A stretch of 64,000 bases of DNA from an uncultured bacterium (lineage in GTDB: Bacteria > Babelota > Babeliae > Babelales > RVW-14), in NCBI GenBank assembly GCA_963759805.1, contig CAVXAT010000002.1, positions 1 through 64,000 of the forward strand, given 5' to 3'. Position numbers and translations under genes: made by a program. The notes under the pieces are model-generated. The model saw only the letters and a list, made by a program, of their open reading frames with translations, was not told the origin of the DNA and searched no databases. The number at the start of each line of letters is the position of its first letter. Positions within the stretch are counted from its first letter, which is position 1. Shown in pieces: positions 20,093 through 30,496 of this stretch.

Positions 20093-20398
20093 CTACTTAA
20101 TTTCCACATCAACGCCAGCTGAAATGTTAAGTTTCATCAACGCATCCATTGTCTGTTCCGACGGAGATACAAGGTCCAAAATTCTCTTGTGTGTAATAAT
20201 CTCAAACTGCTCACGAGACTTTTTATCAATATGAGGAGACCTTAAAACAGTAAAGACCTTTTTATTGTTTGGAAATGGGACTGGGCCCAACACCTGAGAG
20301 CCAGTCCTTTTTGCCGTCAAAACTATCTGTCTTACAGCATTATCCAACAAGCGATAATCGTAAGACTTCAATGTTAAACGAATTTTCTGTTTTTTCAT
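20093..20398 (-). CDS. rpsJ: 30S ribosomal protein S10
   Basis: [14 protein letters not shown]. Confidence 0.97.
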   Translation of the reverse strand: MKKQKIRLTLKSYDYRLLDNAVRQIVLTAKRTGSQVLGPVPFPNNKKVFTVLRSPHIDKKSREQFEIITHKRILDLVSPSEQTMDALMKLNISAGVDVEIK

Positions 20399-20416
20399 CT
20401 TTATGCCGCTATCAAA

Positions 20417-21607
20417 TTATTCAAGGATTTCAGTAATAACACCAGCACCGACAGTTCTTCCACCTTCACGAACAGAAAATTTCAATTCGTTTACCATAGC
20501 AATCTTGCTGATCAAATCAACTACAACTTCTACGTTGTCACCAGGCATAACCATTTCGCGACCGGCTGGAAGGGTTATTGTACCTGTTACGTCTGTTGTT
20601 CTGAAATAAAATTGAGGACGATAGCCATTGAAAAATGGACTATGACGACCACCTTCTTCTTTGGTTAACACAACCAACTGAGCTTTAAATTTCTTATGAG
20701 GAGTAATTGATCCGGGAGCGGCAACAACTTGTCCACGGATAACATCTTCTTTATTAATACCACGAAGTAACAAACCTACGTTATCACCGGCCTCAGCTTC
20801 TTTCATCTCTTTGTTGAACATCTCTATGCCAGTTACCGTTGATTTAGCTGTGTCGGTAAATCCAATAATTTCAACGTTTTCGCCAAGTTTAACTTTACCT
20901 TGATCAATTCGTCCTGTTACAACAGTACCACGGCCTGAAATTGAGAAAACGTCTTCAATAGGCAACAACAATGGTTTTTCAATTTCGCGTTTTGGTAGAG
21001 GAATGTAGCTATCAACAGTGTCCATAAGTTTTAAAATTGATGGAACACCAATTTCACTTTGATCACCCTCTAGAGCCTTGAGTGCTGAACCGCGAATAAC
21101 CGGAATACTCTTACCTGGGAAACCATATACTGTTAAAAGATCTCTTACTTCTTCTTCGACCAGATCAATCATATCTGGATCATCAACCATATCAACTTTA
21201 TTCATGTAAACTACAATTGCAGGAACACCAACTTGGCGAGCCAACAGAATGTGTTCTCTTGTTTGAGGCATTGGTCCGTCTGCAGCAGAGACAACTAATA
21301 TAGTTCCATCCATCTGAGCAGCACCTGTTATCATGTTTTTAACATAGTCAGCGTGCCCAGGGCAGTCTACGTGAGCATAGTGTCTGTTTGCAGTTTCATA
21401 CTCAACGTGTGTTGCGTTAATTGTAATACCACGAGCTTTTTCTTCCGGCGCCTTATCAATCTGATCATATGCTTTAAATTCAGCCAAACCCTTAGATGCA
21501 AGCACTTTTGTAATTGCAGCAGTCAATGTTGTTTTACCATGGTCAACGTGTCCAATGGTACCAATATTTAAGTGAGGTTTTTTACGCTCAAAAACACCCT
21601 TTGCCAT
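20417..21607 (-). CDS. tuf: Elongation factor Tu
   Basis: [20 protein letters not shown]. Confidence 0.98.
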   Translation of the reverse strand: MAKGVFERKKPHLNIGTIGHVDHGKTTLTAAITKVLASKGLAEFKAYDQIDKAPEEKARGITINATHVEYETANRHYAHVDCPGHADYVKNMITGAAQMDGTILVVSAADGPMPQTREHILLARQVGVPAIVVYMNKVDMVDDPDMIDLVEEEVRDLLTVYGFPGKSIPVIRGSALKALEGDQSEIGVPSILKLMDTVDSYIPLPKREIEKPLLLPIEDVFSISGRGTVVTGRIDQGKVKLGENVEIIGFTDTAKSTVTGIEMFNKEMKEAEAGDNVGLLLRGINKEDVIRGQVVAAPGSITPHKKFKAQLVVLTKEEGGRHSPFFNGYRPQFYFRTTDVTGTITLPAGREMVMPGDNVEVVVDLISKIAMVNELKFSVREGGRTVGAGVITEILE

Positions 21608-21641
21608 CGTTATATTCCTTCTATTCTTTTAAAATCAATAC

Positions 21642-23707
21642 CTACTTTTTAACTACCAGTTGATCTTGTACATGTTTAGGAACTTCTCGGTAAACTTCAA
21701 ATTGCATGCTATAACTAGCTCTACCCTTTGACAAAGATCTTAAGGTTGTTGAATAACCAAACATTTCTGCCAAAGGTACTTCTGCGGATACAACCTGAAT
21801 TCCCTTCTTACTCTCCATTCCCAAAATTCTGCCTCTTCTGGAATTAAGGTCACCAATTACATCACCCATATTTTCATCCGGTGTAAAAACTTCAACCTTC
21901 ATTATAGGTTCAAGAATTACAGGGGATGCTTTTGAACATCCATCTTTAAATGCCATAGATGCTGCAATTTGGAAGGCCATTTCCGAAGAGTCAACATCGT
22001 GGAATGAACCATCGAAGACGGAAGCTTTTACGTCTACAACAGGATATCCAGCTAAGACACCAGAATTTGTGGAATCTCTAAATCCTTTTTCTATGCCGGG
22101 AATAAATTCTTTTGGAACTGAACCACCAGTGATTTCATTCTCGAACTCAATACCAGCTCCACGCTCAAGTGGCTCAATCTTCAACCAAACGTGCCCGTAT
22201 TGCCCACGTCCACCTGATTGACGAATATACTTTCCTTCAGATTCAACAGATCTTTGAATCGTTTCTTTGTAAGCAACCTGTGCTTTACCAACGTTTGTTT
22301 CAACTTTATGCTCTCTAAGCAAACGATCAACAATAATTTCCAAATGCAACTCGCCCATTCCGGAAATAATTGTTTGATTTGTTTCTGGATTATATGTGAA
22401 TCTAAAAGAAGGATCTTCTTGCATTAACTTACGTAATGCGACACCCATTTTTTCATATTCCCCTTTACCCTTTGGCTCAATTGCCATATCAATAACAGGA
22501 TCGGGAATGTAATATTTTCAAGTAAAATAGGCTTATCTTCCGCACAAAGTGTATCACCAGTCATAACGTCTTTTACACCAACTATTGCACAGATATCACC
22601 AGCTGAAACCTCTTTAATTTCTTCTCGTTTATTTGCATGCATTTTGAGCAAACGACTTACTCGTTCAGTTTTACCCTTCGAAGCATTATAAACATATGAG
22701 CCAGACTCAAGATGCCCAGAATAAACTCGAGCAAATGTCAACGATCCAACAAATGGATCTATCATAATCTTAAATGCTAATGCACAAAACGGTTCTTTAT
22801 CGCTAGTCTTTCGTTCTTCCTCTTTACCCGTATTCGGATTAACTCCCTTAATAGAAGGAACATCTAACGGTGATGGAAGATAATCAACAACCGCATCAAG
22901 CATTAACTGCACGCCCTTATTTTTAAATGCAGAGCCACAAAACACAAGTGTAATCTCTTGAGCAATAACACCCTTATGCAACGCCGATTTAATTTCTTCA
23001 ACTGAGTATGACTTGCCATCCAAATATTTTTCAGCTAGAACTTCATCAAAATCGCATGCACGTTCTACAATTTTAGTACGCATCTCCTGGATCTTGTTCT
23101 GAAATTCGGACGGTGCATCCTGCCAAGTAATCACAGAACCTTTATCTTCTGCGCTAAATGTTGCCATCTTGCCGGTTAAAACATCAATTAGACCATAAAA
23201 ATTTTCAGACTCTCCAACAGGAATCTGCATAGCAACCGGATTTCCATGCAACTTAGATCTAATTTCTCCAACAACTGAAAAATAATCTGCCCCAATTCGG
23301 TCCATCTTGTTAACAAAGGCAATTCTAGGAACTCTGTGCTTATCTGCTTGTCGCCAAACTGTCTCAGACTGAGGCTCAACACCACCCACAGCACAAAAAA
23401 CAGCAACAGCTCCATCAAGAACACGCAGCGATCGTTCAACTTCAATTGTAAAATCTACGTGACCGGGAGTATCAATAATATTGATATGATGATCTTTCCA
23501 GAAACATGTCGTCGCAGCGGAGGTAATCGTTATACCTCGTTCTCTTTCTTGCTCCATCCAGTCCATGGTGGCTTCGCCCTCATGAACCTCACCAATTTTG
23601 TAAGAAACACCAGTATAAAACAGTACCCGTTCTGTAACGGTAGTTTTACCGGCATCAATATGCGCCATAATTCCAATGTTTCTATACTTCGTTAAATCGT
23701 TACTCAT
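21642..23707 (-). CDS. fusA: Elongation factor G (one-base frameshift near 22505, probably a sequencing error)
   Basis: AHIDAGKT and DTPGH in the 5' [11 protein letters not shown] and YSMQF in the 3' ORF. Adding one base restores ...[12 protein letters not shown]. Confidence 0.93.
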
Positions 23708-23725
23708 TTTAAATAAACCCCCACC

Positions 23726-24208
23726 TTACCAAGCATAATGAGAGAAGGCTCTGTTAGCCTCTGCCATCCTATGTACATCTGTCTTCTTTTTAAGAGCACC
23801 ACCCTGACCTTGGACAGCATCCAACAATTCGTGCGCCAACCTCATTCCCATTGTTTTATCAGAACGGCTTGCCGCCGCTTCAATAAGCCAACGCAAAGCA
23901 AGTGCAAGCGCTCTTTCCGGACGAACTTCGGTAGGAATTTGATATACACCACCGCCAACACGTCTTGCTTTAACTTCAACATAAGGTTTGATCTGAGAAA
24001 TTGCCTTTTCAAATATCGCATATCCCTTCAAATCATCCCCATTATTTTTCGCTCTCAATTCATCGAACGCATCATAAACAATTCGACGAGCAGTATCTTT
24101 CTTCCCACGCTCCATGATTGTATTGATCAATTTTTGAACCAAAAATGATTTAAAGCGCTCATCAACCCCAATGTCTCTTTGAGCTCTTACCGACTTACGT
24201 CTAGGCAT
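23726..24208 (-). CDS. rpsG: 30S ribosomal protein S7
   Basis: RRVGGGVYQIP, HRMAEANRAF. Confidence 0.97.
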   Translation of the reverse strand: MPRRKSVRAQRDIGVDERFKSFLVQKLINTIMERGKKDTARRIVYDAFDELRAKNNGDDLKGYAIFEKAISQIKPYVEVKARRVGGGVYQIPTEVRPERALALALRWLIEAAASRSDKTMGMRLAHELLDAVQGQGGALKKKTDVHRMAEANRAFSHYAW

Positions 24209-24210
24209 CT

Positions 24211-24588
24211 TTATGCACCCTTCTTACGTTTAGCACCATACAAAGAACGCGATTGCATACGTCCAGTAACACCAGCCGTATCAAGCGTACCTCTAATAAT
24301 GTGATATCTTACACCGGGCAAGTCCTTTACTCTTCCACCGCGAACAAGCACAACTGAGTGCTCTTGAAGATTGTGGCCCTCACCAGGAATGTACGCTGTA
24401 ATCTCTTTTCCGGTCGTCAATTTTACACGAGCAACTTTACGCAATGCTGAGTTTGGTTTTTTAGGAGTCTGCGTGTAAACACGAACACATACACCTCTTC
24501 TTTGAGGACACGAATCAAGCGCAGGAGCCTTGGTCTTTACCTTTGTACCTTTGCGGCTACTACGTACTAGCTGGTTTATCGTTGGCAT
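24211..24588 (-). CDS. rpsL: 30S ribosomal protein S12
   Basis: [20 protein letters not shown]. Confidence 0.98.
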   Translation of the reverse strand: MPTINQLVRSSRKGTKVKTKAPALDSCPQRRGVCVRVYTQTPKKPNSALRKVARVKLTTGKEITAYIPGEGHNLQEHSVVLVRGGRVKDLPGVRYHIIRGTLDTAGVTGRMQSRSLYGAKRKKGA

Positions 24589-24926
24589 ACTATCTATTCC
24601 TATAAAAAATAATCAAAACTAACAAACTTTTTTCACTCTCAATTTTCACACTCATGCCCAAAATAGCCCCTGTTAATAGCTTTCATTTATGACAAAAGCT
24701 ACGTAAGAATAGCCACTTTAGCTCGCAATCACAACAAAAAATGTGTATTATACAAGCGACACGTGATAGGCATAATTGTATAGTTTTCTACACTTTTTTC
24801 AAGTTTTTCCAACTAAAAAATATTTATTGCACAAACTGTTAGAAATTTTGCCTCAAATTCTGTATTCTTAAGACTTAAGCACATTTGTATGTAGGCATAT
24901 TAATTTTAAGTACAGGAAGGAACAGA

Positions 24927-26090
24927 ATGCATTTAATAGGTTTTTCTGCAAATTTTATTTCAAAAATTCTCCCAATAGCACTTTCACTAGCCGGACTGGG
25001 ACTGTTAATCACCGTTCATGAATTCGGCCACTTTTTCTTCTGTAAACTATTCAAGGTCCACACCCCTACCTTTTCAATCGGATTTGGGCCAAAACTTTTT
25101 CAAAAGAAAATTGGAGATACAAATTTCAGGTTGGCGTTAATCCCTTTTGGGGGCTATGTCGAAATTGCAGGCCTTGCCGAAACCGGGCAAGGGGAGCAAG
25201 AACATGCCAAAGACACCAGCGACAGGTCCTTTGACAAAAAATGGTACTGGCAGAAATTTTTCATCCTCATCGGCGGTATACTTTTCAATTTGCTGTTTGC
25301 GTACACTGTCTTCTGCGCACTTATCTTCTTTACGCCCAAATCAACGAATGGTGGTCTAAAAATCACACAACTCGTCAAAGACGCTCCGGCTGAAAAATAC
25401 GGCGTACAAGTTAATGATATGGTCATTGGGATAAACAAAATTAAGTTCGATCCACAAGACCCGGAAAATATCTTGGAAAACTATAAAAAATTGCTCACAG
25501 AGATAAGAAGCAATCCAGGGCAAAAGATTGAGATGTTCGTTAAAAGAGACGGTGAAATCAAGCAGTTAGACATTGTTTTGAATACGGTAAAAGAGGCCGG
25601 AAAAGAGATAGGCAAGATGGGAGCCTCATTTGAACCGCAAATGCCAAAAATGTCATTCTTCAAATCAATAAAAATGGGAATTAAGCGCACAAATGAGATT
25701 ATTGTGGGATTAATAGTCGGAATACAAAAAATGTTTACTTCTCGCAGCCTTGATGGCACAATGGGGCCCATTATGATTATCTCACAGGGGGCAGACTTTG
25801 CGAAAGCCGGAGTGCTAGCATTGTTAATGTTTTTAGCCCTGCTCAGCATAAGCCTTGCCGTTATGAACTTGCTACCAATCGGGGCATTAGACGGCGGCCA
25901 ATTACTTTTCGTAACTATCGAAGCAGTCATTCGTCGCAAGATTCCAGATACCATCAAACTAGTAATCAATCTGGCCTCTTGGGTACTTATTCTAGGACTT
26001 GCTGTTTATCTATCGGTCCAAGAGTTACGACAACTCTTTTGGCCAAGCATTAAACGCTTGGGATGCAAAGTTCTAGGATTCTTTAGGTAA
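24927..26090 (+). CDS. rseP: Site-2 (M50) intramembrane metalloprotease RseP with PDZ domain
   Basis: HEFGH and NLLPIGALDGG motifs. Confidence 0.92.
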   Translation: MHLIGFSANFISKILPIALSLAGLGLLITVHEFGHFFFCKLFKVHTPTFSIGFGPKLFQKKIGDTNFRLALIPFGGYVEIAGLAETGQGEQEHAKDTSDRSFDKKWYWQKFFILIGGILFNLLFAYTVFCALIFFTPKSTNGGLKITQLVKDAPAEKYGVQVNDMVIGINKIKFDPQDPENILENYKKLLTEIRSNPGQKIEMFVKRDGEIKQLDIVLNTVKEAGKEIGKMGASFEPQMPKMSFFKSIKMGIKRTNEIIVGLIVGIQKMFTSRSLDGTMGPIMIISQGADFAKAGVLALLMFLALLSISLAVMNLLPIGALDGGQLLFVTIEAVIRRKIPDTIKLVINLASWVLILGLAVYLSVQELRQLFWPSIKRLGCKVLGFFR

Positions 26091-26306
26091 GCACTTACAA
26101 CTTATTACCAGCTTCTACCAGTACCTAAATTCACGCTTTGTATATTTATTGTAAAAGCTGTGATAAGTACAAATTATTTTGCTTGCATCAACTCCAGCCG
26201 CAATCTGAGCAAGAAAATAGTTTCACTGCGCAACTTTGTTTTTACCCATATTTTTTGCTTTGCATCTAGCACTGCACCAATTCCTGAAAGGATTCCACGA
26301 TCGCTC

Positions 26307-26355
26307 CACTTATGAGCTAAAGGTAACATGACATGTTACCTTTAGCTCATAAGTG
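26307..26355. repeat. Perfect 49-bp palindrome (24-bp arms, 1-nt spacer)
   Basis: CACTTATGAGCTAAAGGTAACATG-A-CATGTTACCTTTAGCTCATAAGTG. Confidence 0.95.
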
Positions 26356-26551
26356 ACACATTAGCCTGGCTTTTGCAATAGTTTTGCAAATATGTTGCGC
26401 CCCCGCTCACGATAGCTAAAATCTCGCGATTTAATTCATCAAAAAAAATTATTTTCAAAACTTGCTTTTACCCCCCCCCTTATTATTTATTACAATTAGA
26501 ATAGAAAGTTATTTTATAATATTTTTAATATCTTATTCAGGGGAGGAAGGT

Positions 26552-26713
26552 ATGAAGAATTTCAAGCAATTATTAGGTCTTTGCTTGGCCTATGCATGCA
26601 TCAATGCAAACGTACAGGCAATGGAAATGGGTGAAGTTGAAGCCGATGCTAGAGAAGAGGCTGCCGCCAAAAAGCTAGCTGCCGAGGAGAAGGCCGCCGA
26701 ATCGGCTGTCTGA
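26552..26713 (+). CDS. Small secreted protein or effector remnant
   Basis: SD GGAGG; signal-like N-terminus ending VQA-ME; EAAAK-like helix. Confidence 0.55.
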   Translation: MKNFKQLLGLCLAYACINANVQAMEMGEVEADAREEAAAKKLAAEEKAAESAV

Positions 26714-26747
26714 AACCCTGCTGCCGGACAACCAAGTGCTAAATAAG

Positions 26748-27677
26748 CTATACACGAAGATGAGGAGGCATAACCCGCCACTGATCGGGATTAGAAATAT
26801 AGTGAACGACAACTTCGCGGTTAAAGCTGTGGCCAGTTTTAGCCGCGATTACTTTTCCGGCCAGAGATAAGCCCAACAGGCTTAAATCACCGATAAGATC
26901 AAGAACCTTATGCCTGACACACTCATCATCAAACCGTGTTTCGTTTAGAAAGCCTTCGTTACTTAGTACAACAGTGTTACCAAGCGATGTTCCCTTTGCA
27001 ATCCCAAGCTTGCGCATCTGTGGAAGTTGCTCCAAAAACCCAAATGTTCTTGCCGGCGCAATATTTTGAGCAAAAAATTCTGGCGTTAATATGCATTCAA
27101 ACTGGCTGCTGCCAACAAGTTTATGGGCAAAGTCCGCCGTATAAATTAAGTGAAGAGCTGGAGAATTATCTTGTGAGGTATAATTATCTTGCGTGGGATG
27201 ATTGCCCTGTACGGGATGATTGTCCTGTGCAGGATAAATCTCAATAAAGCGTCCCGTTTTATCTTCAAATCTAAGTTTTTCTTTGGGGGTAATATACTTT
27301 TTTGCAACATTTTGAAATTGAAAGCCACAGTCTAAAATACCCTGAACAAATGGAGAGGCACTGCCATCCATGATTGGAATCTCGACACCATGTACCTCTA
27401 TCAAAACATTATCAAGTCCGGTTGCAACAATTGCCGCCAGCAGATGTTCTGTTGTACTCAACATCCAACCACTACTATTTTTCAAAACCGTTGCCTGCAT
27501 TGCAACCTCAGGAATTACAGACCCAATTTTAAAAACATCATTGGGGAACGCCGGGTTTGTGAAAACAATGCCAGAATCTTGAGCTGCCGGCTTTAAGATA
27601 ATCTTGGACAACTGTCCGGAATGAACCCCTATTCCTTCAAAAATGACTTCGTTTTTCAGTGTGCTTTGTTGCTGCAT
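26748..27677 (-). CDS. lpxC: UDP-3-O-acyl-GlcNAc deacetylase LpxC
   Basis: GIGVHSG, TEHLLAA, PIMDGSA, APARTFGF, RHKVLDLIGDL, GH. Confidence 0.93.
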   Translation of the reverse strand: MQQQSTLKNEVIFEGIGVHSGQLSKIILKPAAQDSGIVFTNPAFPNDVFKIGSVIPEVAMQATVLKNSSGWMLSTTEHLLAAIVATGLDNVLIEVHGVEIPIMDGSASPFVQGILDCGFQFQNVAKKYITPKEKLRFEDKTGRFIEIYPAQDNHPVQGNHPTQDNYTSQDNSPALHLIYTADFAHKLVGSSQFECILTPEFFAQNIAPARTFGFLEQLPQMRKLGIAKGTSLGNTVVLSNEGFLNETRFDDECVRHKVLDLIGDLSLLGLSLAGKVIAAKTGHSFNREVVVHYISNPDQWRVMPPHLRV

Positions 27678-27727
27678 GTAATGCCTAATAATATAAACCC
27701 TAATCACGTAACCCATTTAAACAATTA

Positions 27728-27758
27728 TAGCAGGTCTACAAATCTGTAAACCTGCTAC
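27728..27758. terminator. Hairpin downstream of rplM
   Basis: TAGCAGGTCTACA-AATC-TGTAAACCTGCTA followed by an A-run (U-run on the - strand). Confidence 0.6.
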
Positions 27759-27805
27759 AAAAACTTATTTATCTTGCTGACCTGGTTGATCTGGCCCAAA
27801 GCCAA

Positions 27806-28231
27806 CTAATCTTTTAGCTGCGCTTGGTGTGGATGCTCTGGCCCAACATAAATCTTAAGTTTCTTAAGAACTTGTCGATTCAGTTTATTTTTTGGAAGCA
27901 TGCCTTTTACACCGTGCATAATCAGTCTGGATGGATCTTTTGCAAAAACATCTTTGGCTGAAGGCTCTTTTAAACCGCCTCTCCAACCGGAGAAACGAGC
28001 ATAAATTTTATCATCCCACTTATTTCCGGTTAAAACAATTTTCTCACAATTTACAACAACAACATAATCACCGCAATCAGTGTGAGGAGTGTATGTAGGC
28101 CTATCCTTCCCTCGAAGAATATCTGCAATCTGCGTGCACAAACGACCTAAAACTTTGCCTGAAGCATCAATCTTACGCCACTTTGGCTCGCGTTCTTCTG
28201 GTTTCAAAATATAACTTTTATTCATATCCAT
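27806..28231 (-). CDS. rplM: 50S ribosomal protein L13
   Basis: VLGRL, YTPHTDCGD, GMLPKN, HPHQAQ. Confidence 0.96.
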   Translation of the reverse strand: MDMNKSYILKPEEREPKWRKIDASGKVLGRLCTQIADILRGKDRPTYTPHTDCGDYVVVVNCEKIVLTGNKWDDKIYARFSGWRGGLKEPSAKDVFAKDPSRLIMHGVKGMLPKNKLNRQVLKKLKIYVGPEHPHQAQLKD

Positions 28232-28372
28232 GGCTGATAACCTTAAATCTACTATTTAGAAATCTACTTTTAAGCCTTAAAATTCAATAAAAATGACATT
28301 CTTCATTCTAGGGCAAAAAACGGCTATGGTCAAATATTTTCTAACCGCTCGGTTATTTTTTCTCTTATTCGG

Positions 28373-30031
28373 TTATTTTTTCTCGACAACCACCCTCATG
28401 AACTCCATAAACAGCGGATTTACCTTCAGGGGTGATGAGGTAAACTCCGGATGAGCCTGCGTTCCAAGCATAAACGGATGATCCTTTATCTCTGAGATTT
28501 CCACCAGATTTTTCTCAGGGTAGATCCCTGAAAATACCACGCCGGCTGCTTCAAATTGCTGCCTGTACGCATTATTGAACTCATAACGGTGACGATGTCG
28601 CTCCTCGACCAAATCTTTGCCATAAGCCTGATATGCTTGAGATCCCTTCAATACTTTGCACGGATATGTGCCAAGACGCATTGTTGCACCCTTACGCTCA
28701 ATTCCAAGCTGTTCTGCAAGCATTGATACAACCGGATTGGCTGTTTTTTTATCAAATTCCGTGCTATTTGCGTCTTTAAGCCCAAGAACGTTTCTGGCAA
28801 ACTCAATAAGCATTACCTGCATCCCAAGGCATAATCCAAGATATGGAACCTTGTGCTCACGTGCCCACTGCGCTGCCAACATCTTACCCTCAACCCCCCT
28901 GTTATCAAAACCACCTGGCACAACAATCCCATCAAGGCTTGCCATATCCTTCCAAACATCGGCACTTGAATCATCCTTTGCCCTTTCAAGTTGCTCAGCC
29001 TCAATTACTTCAAGTTGTACTTTAGCTTTATTCCAGTATCCGGCGGATAATATCGCCTCAATAACGCTTATGTATGGATCGTTGCTCCCAACATACTTTG
29101 CCACAAGTCCAATTTTCACATCTTTTTTACTATTATCGATCAGATCAATTAATTGCCGCCACTGAGATAAATCAGTTGGCTTGGCATTCTCAATTCCAAA
29201 ATAATTTTGAATCTTTTCACACAGACCCTGTTTTTCCAGATCCAAAAACAACCTATAAATTGGTCTGTACGTCAAAGCCTGGAATATAAAATCCTTCTCA
29301 ACACCACACATTACGGATAACTTTTCGCGCGGTTTTATTCCCACCGGCTTCTCCGCCCGCAATACCAAGCTGTTAGGAATTAGCCCAAGCCCCTTCAAAG
29401 TATACACACTGTGCTGGGTTGGCTTTGTCTTAATTTCATTGGCCCAATCCAAAAATGGCACATAACTGAGATGACAATGGAAAAGCCTGTGATAACCAAG
29501 TTCAAGCTGAATCTGACGTATCGCCTCCAAAAAGGTGTTCCCCTCCATATCCCCAACAGTGCCACCTATCTCTATGAGTACAAAATCTGTCTTTTTATCA
29601 ATGGCAAAATCTAATAAACGATTTTTTATTGTATCGACCACATGAGGAACCAACTGAATGCAACGCCCTAAAAACTTACCCTCACGCTCGCCTTGAAGCA
29701 CCTCTTCAAAAATCTGTCCTGACGAAACTGATGATGTTCTGGTCAGATGCAGTTGCATTAATCTTTCATAATGGCCTAAATCAAGATCTGTTTCTGCTCC
29801 ATCTGCTGTAACAAAAACTTCGCCGTGCTCCATCGGCGACATTGTTCCAGGATCAACATTCAAATATGGATCCCATTTGACCACTGCAATTGAGTAACCC
29901 GCATTTTTAAGAAGTACGCCGATAGAGGAAACCAAAACCCCTTTACCAATTGACGAACAAACCCCACCGGTAACGGTTATAAATTTTGTGCCATTATCAA
30001 TAACAGTCTTTAATTTTTCACTGAAGCTCAC
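28373..30031 (-). CDS. pyrG: CTP synthase
   Basis: TGGVCSSIGKG, KTKPTQHS, GLCLGMQ, ERHRHRYE, HPEF. Confidence 0.97.
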   Translation of the reverse strand: MSFSEKLKTVIDNGTKFITVTGGVCSSIGKGVLVSSIGVLLKNAGYSIAVVKWDPYLNVDPGTMSPMEHGEVFVTADGAETDLDLGHYERLMQLHLTRTSSVSSGQIFEEVLQGEREGKFLGRCIQLVPHVVDTIKNRLLDFAIDKKTDFVLIEIGGTVGDMEGNTFLEAIRQIQLELGYHRLFHCHLSYVPFLDWANEIKTKPTQHSVYTLKGLGLIPNSLVLRAEKPVGIKPREKLSVMCGVEKDFIFQALTYRPIYRLFLDLEKQGLCEKIQNYFGIENAKPTDLSQWRQLIDLIDNSKKDVKIGLVAKYVGSNDPYISVIEAILSAGYWNKAKVQLEVIEAEQLERAKDDSSADVWKDMASLDGIVVPGGFDNRGVEGKMLAAQWAREHKVPYLGLCLGMQVMLIEFARNVLGLKDANSTEFDKKTANPVVSMLAEQLGIERKGATMRLGTYPCKVLKGSQAYQAYGKDLVEERHRHRYEFNNAYRQQFEAAGVVFSGIYPEKNLVEISEIKDHPFMLGTQAHPEFTSSPLKVNPLFMEFMRVVVEKK

Positions 30032-30150
30032 AGACTCTCCTTTAAAGAAATCGTTAAATACTAAAGTACTTTTTTTTCAAGAGTAACGTGAGCTCGATAA
30101 TTCTAAGATTGATATAATGACCCAAAGCAACGCCGCATCGTAGCACTGTA

Positions 30151-30207
30151 TCATCCTGAATTTACCTGCCTCGCCGTAGCCACAGCATGGCGTAGGCGGG
30201 TTTCAGG
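30151..30207. repeat. REP-like hairpin (TCATCCTGAA..TTCAGG) carrying a 36-bp second hairpin in its loop (30165-30200)
   Basis: Comparison with the empty copies at 30246 and 54546. Confidence 0.8.
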
Positions 30208-30245
30208 CCTGTCCGAAGTGTTAAATTGCCTCCCTTAGCGCCATT

Positions 30246-30279
30246 TTGTCATCCTGAACTCGTTTCAGGATCCATGGAT
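30246..30279. repeat. REP-like palindrome
   Basis: TTGTCATCCTGAACTCGTTTCAGGATCCATGGAT, identical to 54546-54579. Confidence 0.9.
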
Positions 30280-30496
30280 TAATAACCTTCCTATTTTTGT
30301 TGTACTTAGGTTATCGAGTTCGCATTAAACAAAATATTTACAAATTATAGCCAAATTTTGGGTTAAATACATAAAATTTTTACATGTTTTTAAATGAAAA
30401 GGCTAATTATTAACTAAAACAAGCATAAATGTGCATTGCATAATAATTACTAATTACTTGAACCAGCACACCCATTTGCAAATCCAGCACACCCAT

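Noticed and set aside
22424..22510. Programmed frameshift in fusA
   Set aside because: No canonical slippery heptamer or stimulator is evident, and similar one-base deficits occur in rplP and rpmC, so sequencing error is simpler.
5877..24148. Numerous antisense and overlapping ORFs across the ribosomal operon
   Set aside because: They are shadow frames of conserved genes, without SD sequences or recognisable motifs.
26100..26405. tmRNA starting GGGGGCG on the - strand
   Set aside because: No GGATTCGAC-like 5' motif and no TCCACCA 3' end.
26711..26746. TGA read-through or alternative genetic code (ten sense codons follow the TGA)
   Set aside because: TGA is a true stop in recR, grpE, tlyA and hicA, and no conserved gene here needs internal TGA decoding.
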